In this document: piece after piece, positions 24,822 to 38,379 of the stretch
How positions within the stretch are numbered: the stretch's first letter is position 1
Layout: each line of letters opens with the position of its first letter
Assembly (NCBI GenBank): GCA_965153455.1
Contig: OZ234493.1
Coordinates: 34,710,213-34,774,212, forward strand
DNA: 64,000 nt
Source of the DNA: Sphagnum compactum
Taxonomy: Eukaryota
Direction of reading: 5' to 3'
Program-made: the position numbers and the translations under genes
The notes under the pieces: generated by a model
Seen by the model: only the letters and a program-made list of their open reading frames with translations
Databases searched by the model: none
Told to the model about the DNA's origin: nothing

Positions 24822-27800
24822 ATGGCACCCAAAAAGAACCGTAAGCAAGCACAAGAGGCCATGTTAAAAGAACCCGCCAAAGACTGAGTAGTCCCACCGG
24901 AATCTATTTGGGAGGAAGAACCAAGAACCCGGGAGGACCAAGATGAGCCCGAAAGTGAAGAGGAGCAACGGAGCTCGGTCCTATTCACCCCGAAGCAATT
25001 GGAAGTCCTCCTCAAAATGAATAGGCTCGACTTCAGTGAGTTGGTTGCGGCCCTCAAAGGGGGGTCATCCAAAGATGCAAGATTTCAACCGGCCAAACCT
25101 GGGAACTTTGATGGTGCCCGAGATTGAAAGGTTGTGGATGTTTGGCTTGCCGAAATGGAAGATTACTTACATGCCGCCAAGTTGGACGGCACCCGGCCGT
25201 GGAGCTTGCCCAATCCTACTTGAAAGGCTATGCTGCCACATGGTGGAGGATGGTGAGACAAGAGGAAGGGAAACATCATGGTTACACTTGGGAATTCTTT
25301 AAGGAATGCGTCGAAACCAAATTTGTCCCAAGGAATTTCGATTACATCTCGAGGTGCAAACTCCGCGACCTTGTGAATGCCACAAATGACAACTTGCGGC
25401 AATATGTGAGGGCATGTTCCGAACTCATGCTTGAGATCCGGCATATGCATGAGCTGGATCGCGTGTGCCAATTTGTGATGGGGCTTCCAACTTGGGCCAA
25501 GCGTAAGCTTGAAGAGAATCGGCCCACTTTACTATCCGAGGCCATCATGAAAGTGGAAGGCTTCTCGGATGTGGGACGACGCGAAAAATTCGGGTTCAAG
25601 AAGGACAACAAGTTCCTTCACAAAAAGCCACGCCATGAGGGAGAATGGACCGAGGGCAAGAAAGCTCAAGAAAGGAAAAGCCCAAACAGTTCCAAGGCTC
25701 GGGGTTCAAGCCCAAGGGAAATTTTGTGAAGAAGGGGGCTCCTTTCAAAGCAAGCCAACCTAAGGGAAATGTTGGTGGGAAGCCCAAGGGAGCATGCTTC
25801 AATTACAATGAAGTGGGACATTACTCCAAATATTGTCCCAAGCCCAAAGCGGGGAATGGGGGCTCTAAGGTAATTGCCCTCAACGCCAACCTAGCCCAAG
25901 TTGAATGCAATCGACTTATTTTCTTGAAGGGGAAGATTGCTAAGCGGGATGTGTTATGTCTTTTGGACACAGGGGCTTCTCACAACTTCATAACCCGAGA
26001 AAACGCAAAAAGAATGGAGCTTCAATTGGAGGAGCTCAAGGCACCCATCGAGGTGCACTTCGCAGATGGGGTTCCCCATCCCACTACGTTACAAGCAAAG
26101 GAAATGCCTCTTCAACTAGGGAATTGGAGAAGAAAGGTGGACTTGCTAGTTTTCACCTTGGGTGGAATGGATTGCATTTTGGGAATGGAGTTCATCACCC
26201 AAAACAATGTGCTCATAGAAGGGCACAATAGACTAGTTAGAATTTCGTCTAAAAGCGGGATCATGAAGGTGAAAGCACACGAAATGCCTTGTGTGAGTGG
26301 ATCAACCATCCACTTTATGTTAGGAAAAACCTGGGAAAGAGAATGCATGGGAGGTTATGGCATGATGTGTGTGATGTGGGTGTTGGACGAGTTTGAGCCA
26401 AAGGAAGCTACCAACTTGGTGACTCCCTTCAAGTGCATAAAGCAAGTTTTGGAAGAGTTCCCGGATGTGATGCTCGAATAGTTGCCCGAGGACCTGCCCC
26501 CAAGAATATGAGTTGATCATGCGATCGAGGTGATGCCGAGAGTGGCACCTCCCGCCAAGGCCCCATATAGAATGAGCCATGAGGAGTTGAAAGAGCTTAA
26601 GGTTCAACTTGAAGAACTCCTCGCAAAGGGTTATATTAAACCTAACAAATCACCATATGGGGCACCCGTCCTTTTTGTTCACAAGAAGGATGGGACGTTG
26701 AAGATGTGCGTGGATTATAAATCCCTCAACAACGCAACGGTGAAGAACCGGTATCCATTGCCTCAGATTGATGATCTTTTTTATTGACTCTCGGAAGCTA
26801 AGGTGTTTAATAGGATTGACTTACGTTTGGGATATTACCAAATTCGGATTGCAAAAGGGGACGAAGAAAATACTGTTTGTCGCACAAGGTATGGCTCATA
26901 CGAATTCTTGGTGATGCTTTTTGGGCTCACCAATGCACCCGCCACATTCTGCACTCTCATAAATGACATTTTCCAGGAATGGCTTGATGATTTTATCGTC
27001 GTCTACATAGACAACATTTTAATCTATAGTGGCTCTTTGGAGGAGCATGCGGAGCACCTTTGGAAGGTGTTCCAAAAGCTAAGGGAAAATAAGTTATATG
27101 CCAAGCTCGAGAAGTGCGAATTCAAAATGACGGAAGTGGACTTCCTTGGACATAGGATCACTCAAGAGGGTTTAAAGATGGACGATCACAAGGTGAAGGC
27201 AACTTTGGATTGGGAACCGCCTAACTCGATTCCGGCCTTGAGATCCTTTTTAGGATTTGCCTCCTATTATCGCAAGTTTATCAAGAACTTTGCGAAGATA
27301 GCCGCACCCTTGACAAACCTCTTGAAAAAGTCCGCCGGAACTTACAAATGGGATGGAGCATGCGATGAGGCCTTTCAGACCTTGAAAAACATTTTGGTGA
27401 AAACGCCAGTGTTGAAGTTACCTGACTTTGACAAGGATTTCGAGATTCACTCCGATGCCTCCGACTTTGCAATTGGAGGAGTCCTAGTGCAAGAAGGAAG
27501 ACCGGTGGCAATTGAGAGCAAGAAGTTGAGTGAGACGGAGCGAAAATGGCCTACACATGAGAAGGAAATGTGGGCCGTCATACATTGTTTCAAAACTTGG
27601 GGCCATTACATAGGTTCCAAGGATGTGGTGGTGTGGACCGACAATGTGACCTTGAAGTACTTTGCCACTCAACCCAAGTTGTCATCAAAACAAGCGAGAT
27701 GGCAAGACACATTGGCCTTGTTCAATGTGGACATTCGACACAAGCCCGGGAAGGAGAACATAATGCCCAATGCGCTAAATCGGAAACACCAACTTAAAGT

Positions 27801-28603
27801 GGTGTTTGTGGGAGAAACAAAACTTCAAAAGGAAGTTCGATTAGCGGGCTGCCATGACAAGTTTGCCAAGGAAGTGAGGCAAAACATTCAAAATGGAGTC
27901 AAGTCACACTTCCACTTGCAAAATGGACTATTGTGGTACAAGCAAAATCGACTTTATGTGCCGGAAGGGAAGATGAGGGATATCATCTTGAATGAATGTC
28001 ATGATGGGCCGCTTGCGGACCATGGTGGTGCAAAACGCACCACAACATTCCTCAATAAGTCCTACTATTGGCCCAACTTGAAAGATATTGCGGAGGAGTA
28101 TGTGAAGACTTACTTGACTTGCCAACAAAACTGGACACTTAACAAGAAGCAAGCAGGTTTGTTGCAACCTTTGCCAATTCCTGAAGGGCCGTGGGAAAGT
28201 GTGTCCATGGATTTCATGGTAAGCTTGTCGTCATCAAAGGGTTTTGATACCATCATGGTGATGGTGGATTGGTTTAGCAAAATGGCACACTTCATTCCCA
28301 CCAAGGATAATGCCACGGCCCAGGAAACAGGTAGGTTGTTCTTCACACACGTTTTCAAACATCATGGCCTCCCAAAGGACATAGTCTCGGGTCAAGACCC
28401 AAAGTTCACGGGCAAGTTTTGGCGAGCCTTATGGAAGTGCATGGGATTGGAATTCAAGATGAGCACTTCCGTCCCCAAACCGATGGACAAACCGAGAGAG
28501 TGAACTTGGTTATCCAACAATTCCTAAGGAATTATGTGGCGACAAATCAACAAGATTGGGTGGACCATTTGGAGTTAGTCGAGTTTTGTTACAACAACTC
28601 GGA
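24822..28603 (+). mobile_element. Ty3/Gypsy gag-pol pseudogene (gag-PR-RT-RH-INT), chromovirus-like, 3'-truncated
   Basis: Gag LKGYAATWW, decayed CCHC knuckle CFNYNEVGHYSKYC, protease LLDTGASHNF, RT VYIDNI (YIDD mutated), RNase H SDASDFAIGGVL, integrase PWESVSMDF and HFRPQTDGQTERVN. Several stops and frameshifts; no 3' LTR found. Confidence 0.95.
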
Positions 28604-30369
28604 GGACTATCAACTACATGTAGATGAGAATCAAAAAGATTTTCAACAAAAATTGAATCAAAAATTTTAATCCTTGTGTCATTTTAAAAAAAATAGTGAT
28701 ACAAATGAAGTTGGTAGGAGGTTACATGGAGACATGGCACTCAGAAGCCACAAAATGTAATCAAACCTTGCTTGTGAACCTTGAGTGCACATATGCACAA
28801 CAAAAGCCTTAAATGAAATGCTCAACAAAACCATTAAAAGTTGAAAATTCAAATGCAACATTAAAAAACACACCATGATGGAAAGCCAAAACATGATGGG
28901 GGCCTTCAAAATTGTAAAAACCCTATGTGTTAATCCATGAAATGAAAGCAAGGAACTTGATGCAAACAAAAACAAACCACAAATTCAAAAGGAGTTAGAA
29001 AAGTGAAGATTAGACATGAAATGTCATGTGAGATTACAATGCAAGAATTGTTCATGTTGTGTGGATATGATTTCTTATTTTTAAATGAAATTTCTACCCA
29101 ATGCAAATTGAAATTTTGACATAAACTTGTTTTTCCCTCTTGCCTCCAAGATTATGAACATTGTTCCATGGCCCTTTTCATTTGTTGGAATGGTGGCACA
29201 CAACAACTACAAAACCCTTTTCATGAATGAGATTTGAAAACAAGAACTTTTTTTCTTCACCTTCTAAACCCCAAACCTAAACAACATTGAAGAATGATAA
29301 ATGATTAATGCATGCTAATGAATGTTCAATGTGATGGAACTTTCTTGTTTGAAGGTACTGGAAGTGGTGACACATGAAGATGATGAAGCTTGCAAGGTGG
29401 TGACAGATGTTGAGATTGAATGGTAGAAGAGTGACCTATTGACAAGGATGGTTATTTTATAACAACCTCTTTGTCAATCTCATTGGTGATGCATCTTCAC
29501 CCTTGTTAAAGTGAAGGTGGCTCGACCCCCATTTCACTTGGTGATGACACTATTTAAATTTGCTCGTTCATTTTACAATGGCCCATTTGCAACCCGTAAA
29601 AATATTTCAATGTGATGTGAAATAATTTTGCTTAGACGCAAAAAGATAAAACTTAAAGTCAATACACTTCTTTTAATCCAAAATGATTGAAAAAGGGACA
29701 AGAAGAAGATGATAATTGAATTTCCAAGGAACTTGATAGAAAATGAAACAATTCAAATGAAAACCCACAAGATTTTGTTACTTGAAACAATTTTGGATGA
29801 AAGGTAAACTCTATTGGAAAAAGAAACTGCACATAATGTTATTATTGCAACATCACCTTTATTATACATTTCTTCTTCCTAATTCCCAGATTTGGGTCCT
29901 AAAAATAAGAATTAAATGGCACCTGACATGTACATACAAATGAGAATTTCAATAGGAAATGAAATCTTCCCAAAGTGGGTGGCTTAATCTTGCTATTTTT
30001 TTAGGGAAATCTACTTGAGACCAGATTAGGATGCTCAAACTTCTGCTTCTGAGATTGCTAGACCTTGCAAGCAACCTAACCATGCAAGGAAGAGAGAGGG
30101 AGGGAGAGAAACACACACCTCTACACACACAAGTACTTATTACTATGAGAATTGTGGAAAACAATTGCTAGCAACCAATATTCTGTATGTGAAGAAAATG
30201 TACTTGGAATCAAATCCAATTGAGGTTAACTGAGTCGTTTTTCACTTAAAATGTTGTGAACTTTTGTGCAGTTTTTTAGCCTCTTTTGTTCACAAAATGG
30301 AGTAAAATAACTGTGCCCATCATCCATTCAAGCTGAGGAGAACAGATTCTTGGGAGAAGAAAGTGAAGC

Positions 30370-33300
30370 TTAGAAGACTGGACAGCCATCAACAGCAATC
30401 CCTGGGGCAGTTGGACACGTTGCTAATGGGCAATTGTCGAGATTTACACCCCACCAATTGATAGCCTTGTTTTCATATTGGAGGCAAAAGTAGAGAGTAA
30501 CACCCATAAACGCAAGCCCGGCATCCAGAGCTGCTGACAACACGTAATTGTAACGCTGCCACCAAGCTTTGCGGTACTTGAAAAGCACATAATTGAAAAT
30601 AAAGCCAACCAGGAACCAGGCTGTGTAATTTATTGACGTTGCGGGTGGCATACCTCCAGTTGCCCCAATCAAGATTGGCATATTGATGTAGAAGAGCCAT
30701 TTTTGGTTTGGAAATACTTTTGTCAATAACCAAACAGGCACGGGTGCCAGCAATCCTATTAAGAAAAACCAGTTTATAGCTTTGTAGAGTCCAAGGGCAC
30801 CAAACATGCGCTTGGGCCCAATCAAACCCCAGATCACTGAAGCATCATAAAAGACTCTGTCCCCTGGACATGTCCAGGGGCTATTTGGAGGCAGCAGTTC
30901 AGGTTGGCAAATATATGCTATAGTTGAGATTTGCCACCATGCCGTGGATAAAGTCACCAATGCTGCTATGACTGTCCCAACTATCTGCAAAACAAAAATC
31001 TCAAAAACAATGACCATCAGCAAATCTGAAGCTTAAGACACATATGTGTTGAATATAATATGAAGGTTTTGTTCTCAAAACAGTACTTCTGCACAACATC
31101 AAGCTGCATAAATTGAACTTAATGCCTCAAAAAATGCATATGGTTGGTGTCCATGAGTTACTTGGGTTTTGCAAACTGAACTTGAAATTCAAGCAAGCAA
31201 TAACAAAGTGTGTACCTGAGCATGGAACATGGACCGAGGAGGGATTTTCATATAGTGACCTGCATTAAGTACCCGCAAGCTGTGTAGCATTAGCATGAGT
31301 ACTAGACAATTTGATACTTCATACTAGGGAGAGGGAGATACATGCAATTCTTCATGAAAGCCACACAAACCAAGAGTATGAAAGTATGACCTAATTTGAA
31401 GTCCGCTAGGAAGGAGACAGCCTGTGTCATACTTATGTAACCATACGTCTTGAAACACACATTGGCAACAGGTCTGCCTGGATAGAGATACCCAATAATA
31501 AGCTCTGTGATTATATTGAGGCCTGGAAGCTGTAGCCAAAATGACATCAAAAACACATTCAGCATCAAGGAGTGATCTCAAGGCAAGGTGTAAGACAATG
31601 TGGGTTTTTCTGAATTACCACCCAAATTGGGGCTCTACAAAGTATAGTAGTAACGTATAGGTTTTTCCTGGTAAAGTAGAAAATTGCATACAATGGGTTC
31701 ACAATTTCTATGAATGTGACCATACTTGAAGAGCCACATGATGCATTGAAGAAAGTACTCTACATGAATAAAGGACTTCGAAAAGGAAGGTGAAATATCA
31801 GCAAGTGATCGATTAATCATGGGGATGGGCTGAAGACTCCCGGAGACAAATTGAGCAAAACCAAAATGAACTTAGATTAATGTGAAAATGACTAACCTGA
31901 TTTGTTGTGGCGCAAATGACCCCAAGGGGAAGAGTAAAGAAAAAGGCAATGCCACACGCAAGTAATACACCCCACCATCGCAGTTGAAGTTGGTCAATGA
32001 ATATCTCACAACCCAGAATGGAGATGATTATCATACTGATTAGCAGGCCAACAAAGTAAGCTTGTGGCACCTCCTTATATGCCCTCATGAGACGAGTGTG
32101 CACATCATCTTTCTCACTTAAAGTGTTCTTATAGCGTTGCCATATTTCCCTGCAACAGATTGAAAGATGTACCACCATTTGTTCAGTAGTGATCAGGTAG
32201 AGATCTCACCAGTTAGGAGCCACAACTTTGAAATTTTTCCCAGAATGATAGTGAGAGCTAAAATGGGCACAAGTCTCCAACATTACCGGCCATGGAAGAG
32301 TGCAACATGTGAGATGGTTGCAGCAAGGGCAGCAAACCCAACTCCATAAGTTACAGCAAAAAAAGTGCTCAGGTGCAAGCGGCCATATGCATTGTAAGCC
32401 GGTTCATCCAGCTGAAAATTCTCAGTAATCACCGCACTGACGTTATATGTTTGGCCAGTTGAGGTGAAAAACTGGCTTGAAAATATAGGGAATGTTCTAG
32501 CATTGTAGACGTTGCCCCAATAGAAAGCAGGTGTAAGCACATATGTGATAAGTGCAAAACCCACAAATACATTCAGAATGGCAAAGAAAGGTGTCCCCAT
32601 TGGACTTCCCAGGAAGGAGCTAACAGTTGACCAGTCCAAGGCAATGGCACCTATACCAAGGCCATACAAACCTGAGCCCAACTGTTGGGCTGTCACTGAA
32701 TTTGGCCATGCCCAGCAAACCCAGGAGAGAGATGTCAACATGTTAAACAGGTAGCCAGGCATCACATAGTAGCAATAGCTGCATGTGAGAGCTATGAGAA
32801 AAAATTGAAATCGGGTTAAGCCACCTTTTACCCGTACATCTTTCTCATGCATAGTTCTGCACACACACGCACACACAACATACACCATACAGTTCATGAA
32901 GCAACCTAGTTGCATAACATGAATCCCACTGAGAATTTGAGCTTCCCCCTCCCCACCCCTTCAGACCTGCCTTTCTTCCTAGAATTCATGTTGATGTTGC
33001 TAAGATTTGCAGTCTGGGGCTTGTAATAACCAATTGGTACCTGAAAAGAGAAACTTGGACAAGGTTTGCAGGCCACCACATATGTGCAGGCTTGACCAGA
33101 TAGCCTTGGAAAATTCCTGCCCATCCATATCCAATCATCTGTGAACACAAAAAAGTCTCTCACAATATCAAATGTCGGTGATATACTTAGGCACCCCAAA
33201 GTACACACATACACACATATATATACATCACTCTTTGAGTTCCATCAACAATCCTTAAAAAAGCAGTAGATGATCTCAATTGGGCACAAATAAAACCCAA

Positions 33301-34756
33301 TTTTCTTCCTCCTCCCAGGCATGACTGTCATCTTATAAGGCAGTAGTAACTGGGATCAACTTTTCTTATCAGTGCAGTATAGCATAGATTACCCTAATAG
33401 TCAAAGGCACGGCATGGGTGGTTAGGTGATCAAAGGCCTTGATGATTTTGTGAGCGGGGTTTGTAGCACCTGAAAAGAATTTAAGCACATGAGGTTAGAA
33501 ATCCCTACTTGGGTAGTGATGGTGATAAGTAAGCCAACAAAGAAGGTCATCCGCCTCTTGTAGAATACTTTGACAATGGTGACGATATTGATGGCATATG
33601 CACCTCCAGCTCCCGCATTAGCAAAGATGGTAATCAAAACATGTTCTTTCATGTTGAAGGGCCCAGGGTTGAGAGACCCACGCCAATTGGTGAATGGAAC
33701 CTTCCACACAGTAGTGGGCAAAAATGTAGCCATGAGGCGGCCTAATGGCAAGGTTGCAATCTGAGCGGAGAGTGCAGTCACCTGCAATGGCTCAATGCGG
33801 TACCCGAAGAATTGATTGATAAATGCCAACAGGACACATGAAATAATTCCTAAAGTCCACATGCGGAATGTGTACACAGGCATTGTTGTATCATCTGTTG
33901 TTGCCACCGTAAGTGCAACTTCTTCAATTGGTGACTGATCATCAGGCTCTTGGATATCTTTATCTTTTTGCCCATGAGAATTATTCCCAATATCATAACC
34001 CAAAGCTGTGGCATCCAAATCTTCTGTGTCTCCCTTTTCCATTCCTGTTACAAGAAAACCATTCAAGACACAACTCCATAAGCTTGGATTGTGTGAGCAG
34101 AGCAGGCTGTGTTTTGTTGCAGTTTTGTCACAGAAATTATGGTTTGGACAGAGACACTCAATCATAGCCCGTAAGCAGAGATTGATTTGTTCCATGGAAG
34201 AATTAAGAGTCAAATGAAACTCCTGCAGAATTCTTGCTTGCATGAAAAAAACAGGGAAGATTTCAAGGAATTGAACATCTTAAACAACAACAACAACAAC
34301 AAGAGAAAAATCTTGGCAAGGGAATAAGCAAAAGACCACAGGAACATGTGGGGATTCACAGAACAGAGATGATGTTGGCAAGCTCACCACAAGACCTTCA
34401 GGGAAATGCAAAAGACAAGAACATGAACATGTGGGATTCAAAACAAAGATGTTGGCAAGCTCCACAAGCTCTTCAGGGAAATGTAGAAGACAAGAACATG
34501 GACATGTGGGGATTCACACAACAGAGATGATGTTGGCAAGCTCACCACAACATCTTCAGGGAAATGCAAAAGACAAGATGTCGTGGGGATTTGCAACAGA
34601 GATGTTGTTGGCAAGCTCCACAAGTGGATCCTCAGCAGGGAAGTACAAAAGAGAGACATGTTTCTTTCTTGGGGAAAAACAAAGAAACAACACTGAGAAG
34701 AAACAACAACCCATTGAAGTTATACCTTTCATTTCAATGTGATCGGAAGCAGCCAT
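30370..34756 (-). CDS. OPT: Oligopeptide transporter (OPT family, PT clade), 8 coding exons, ~761 aa
   Basis: Exons 34756-34726, 34044-33509, 33138-33041, 32856-32287, 32149-31897, 31529-31391, 31259-31216 and 30984-30370 are GT-AG, in phase and total 2286 nt. Signature motifs [39 protein letters not shown] and CPLATCPT. Confidence 0.95.
34310..34625. repeat. Tandem repeat in OPT intron 1
   Basis: Several imperfect copies of ATGTGGG(G)ATTCA...AGATG(ATG)TTGGCAAGCTC(A)CCACAA...TTCAGGGAAATG. Confidence 0.8.
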
Positions 34757-35279
34757 TGAGGTTGATATCTTCACCAGCACAAGAGCGCACAATATCAGCA
34801 CGTGGGGTCTTGGGTGGTGTTCTCTTCTAGATAGGGAAGAAGCTTTTTCTCAAGTCTTTGTTGTCCACTTCTCACAGTAGCTCCATTGGAAGATGAGCAA
34901 CTTCTCTGTCCATCTGTCTGTGGAAAAACATTGAAAGAGCAAGGATCATGGAGGGAGTTGGCGGACACAATTGCAGCTGCTCAGAATTCCTTCTTCTGTC
35001 GACTTCCCACAGATGAGAATCCTTCAGGATCAGCAAGAACTTCCAAGGAGAGCTCTATGGGTCTTGAGTCCGAGCCAGAGCTGAGCAGCTTGGAAGCTCA
35101 CTAACCAATCGTTTCACATGCAGATCAGTCAAGGAAAGCTTCCAGAAAACAAACCCAAAAAAAAGTTCTACCCCCACATTGCCATCGTCATCATCATCAT
35201 CATTATCACATCACCATCGTCACGTCCAATGTTCTTCTTTACAACAACACAAAAATCCACGCCACCTTTCTTCTTCGTC

Positions 35280-35475
35280 TTCTTCTTCTTCTCCCCAATT
35301 CTCTCACAGGACAAAAAGAATGCCTAGTTCTTCCTCTTCTTCTCCCCAATTCTCTCACAGGACAAAAAGAATGCCTAGTTCTTCCTCTTCCTGTTGTTGT
35401 TGTTCTTCTTCCTCTTGTTCTTGTTCTTCTCCTAGTTCTCTCACAGGACAAAAGGAATGCCCAGTTCTTTCTTCT
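35280..35475. repeat. Short tandem repeat x3 upstream of the OPT CDS
   Basis: TTCTCTCACAGGACAAAA(A/G)GAATGCC.AGTTCTT occurs three times amid CTT/GTT microsatellite. Confidence 0.8.
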
Positions 35476-36100
35476 AAAGCTGGCAGTTGAATAGAACGCT
35501 CATCTTCCTTTCTTGCTTTTTTCCTTCACAAGAATCAGCAACAAGCAGCAAAAGAAAAAAGAAAACACCACCACCACCACCACAAACAAACAAACCAACA
35601 AACCAAACAACAACAACAACAATCCCTTTATGAAAGTTCCCAAATTGTTGGTTGGTGGCAGGTGGGTGGGTGGTAGGATTCAGGGGAGATCTAAATTTCC
35701 TGCAAAAGACTTCAGAAGCAAGCAACAACAACAACATCAACCCAATAACAACAACAACAAGAGGAGGAGGATTGTGAGAGAGAGACAATGGGAGAAAGAG
35801 AGACAAAGAGAGGAAGTGTTGGTGGTAATGGGAAAAGGCTTGAAGACTTAATACATTGCAAAATGGAGAGTAAGTAGAAGAGCTTTCAAAAGAGTTGGTG
35901 TTGTTGATAAATGACAGCAGCAGCAGTCAGGGCAGCATACTCCTCCCTACTCCTCCTCCTGCTGCTACGTGCAATAATAATCATAATAAAATCTGGGTAT
36001 GAAATGCTGAAACTCAGTATTTACCTTCCTTTCTAATCATAACAGTGACCACTACCACTGACAACCTCCTCTCTGCAAGCCTTTGTAGTATGTACCATTC

Positions 36101-36109
36101 ATTATATAG
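36101..36109 (-). promoter_or_regulatory. Candidate TATA box for OPT
   Basis: CTATATAAT on the minus strand, upstream of a CT-rich, 5'UTR-like tract. Position-based inference only. Confidence 0.25.
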
Positions 36110-36286
36110 TCTGTAATGTACCTCTATTTGTACTTAAACCACCCCCCCCCCCCTTCCCCCCCCCCCCCCTTAACCATCCTTCTATAGAGGGGCCACAAAA
36201 AGAAGAATCCTGAAGGGCCTTTAGACCCACCCCAAATTGGGGTCACCAACTTTGTTTGTTTGTTTGCCTTTCCTACCAAGGCCCTT

Positions 36287-36509
36287 AAGGATATTGTGTT
36301 TAGATTTGTTATAGAGTATAGTAGCTTAAGGGATTTTGGCCCCTAGGCAATAGGTCTATATTCATATGAGGATTTTTTAAATATGATATTTTGGCTTGTG
36401 TTGAAACTTGAGATTAGTTATAGAGTTATTATATCTTGAAGCGTTTTGGTTTGTTTTAGAGGATTTCTTTGAAGATTATATTTGTGCATGGTGAAATATT
36501 TGAGTTTCC
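36287..36509 (+). repeat. Dispersed ~220-bp repeat, copy 3
   Basis: Direct similarity to the copies at 10985 and 12094. Confidence 0.9.
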
Positions 36510-38379
36510 GGTAATTCTTCTTTTCCATTAAGATCCTTTTTAATGTAAATGGCAAGGCCACAGTGTGACACACCCCTTGTTTTTTTAGCTTTCTTTCTTT
36601 CTTTCTGTGTTCACGAGACTGAGAACATGAGGTAGGGTGTTCTTAGGAAGGGCTATTAGTCCAGGCCAAAAATAGTGGCAGCCACTTAATTTTAGGAATA
36701 GAATTTGCATGCAACCAATGAGAAAGTTGCGTCATGGAGTGAAGGGTCCTGTCTTCTTCTTGTTGGGGGGAGGGGGCGGGGGGGGTGTTAGGTAACCATC
36801 ATAGTTTTTTTCTTTCTTTCTTTCTCAATGAGACTCACCTTTGTCATTTGGGCAATAATTAAATTATTTTCAGTAAATGATTTTTTATTTTATTTTTTTC
36901 CAAAACTGATTTTTTATTTTATTTTTCCATAGTGTTGGAAGTATCTTTACCATGTGGGCAATAATTAAATTATTTTCAGTAAATGCTGTTTTTTTTTCTT
37001 TTTTCAAAATTTGCTGTCAGAAGCTGTAGATTTTCTAGTGCTATCTATTGTACATGATTATTTTGTTTTATTCTAGATCTATACTAGTGTTGGCCGGTTC
37101 TTTACTTTTGTGATAACCTTCGGTTTTGGGTACTCTTTTTTTTTTTTTTTTTTGGGAGGAACCTCCTCCGTATACAGATCTTTCTTTTTTTTGGAACATG
37201 TAAGAACCTCTGGGTACGAGTTTAAGTTTAATTTCAGAAGTAGGGCAGTTCTTGGGTATAGAACTTTTCATTTCCTTTCAATGAGGCGGTTCCAGTTTCG
37301 ATCAGGGTTTAGGGTTTTAGTTAGGGTGACTCAAAATGTTTCAAAACAATTGTAGATTTTTATTAGTTTTTAAATGCAAACATATGTGACTTACATTGTA
37401 AGTTGCAAAAGATTGTAACTAAATTGTTTACTAATAAATCTAAAATACACATTGCACATTACTTTGTCAAAATTTAGCATGGCAAGCATTTGAGCATTCA
37501 AACATGCCAACATGACAGGCATTTGGGCATTTGACAAACTTACAACTCTAATCCCATATAATGTGTTAAGCATTGATAACAAATGATATGACACATGACT
37601 AAGTGGTTTCAAACTTCAAACAAAATCACAAATATTGTTGACTCAAGAACTTCAAACAAAAGAATGCAACAAACTAACTGACTGACTTCAAGCACATCAC
37701 AAAACTATACACATTTCAAACAAAATCAATTGATTTCACTTGACACATCAAAAGACAAATGTTGGATTCACTTGCCAATAACCAGCACCATATATACAAT
37801 TGCTTATACCAACAACCAATAACTAACAATATACAATTGACCATCAAAGTAATAAAATCACAAGCACTTCAAAACCCCCATAATGTAACATAATTGACAT
37901 AACTTCAAATACATGACAATCTCAAACCAAAAAGTTCATGTTACAACAACATTAACCAACAACAAAATTATAACATACATGTTAGATTTCAAAATACAAA
38001 TTTTGTTCTAACTATCAACATACAATGGATTTCAAAAACATACAATAACCTTCAAGAACATATGATAGAATCATAGATCGCATATGACACAATCGAAGAA
38101 CATATGACATCAATTGTAGATTCAGACCTACCATGAACAACAATGACTTGAAAACACACCTTCACAACAAAATGACCAACAACAATAAACAACATACATA
38201 GCTCAACCCTAATTGAAAACAAAATGAAGTCTTATGTTTTTCCATCGTTGGAAAAGGGTAGAACCTACACTAGATCTACACATCTACACCCCAATTCCAT
38301 GTTGGCAATTAGCATCTCCTGAATCTCATCATAATCATCTTCAAATAGTCTCTTCTCCTCAATCAATTTCTTGTCTCCT

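Noticed and set aside
28604-29870. Possible continuation of a retroelement or a transposase relic
   Set aside because: No identifiable domain, PPT or LTR similarity.
35118-35851. Several ORFs rich in Ser, Thr, Asn or Val
   Set aside because: Translations of microsatellites in the OPT leader region.
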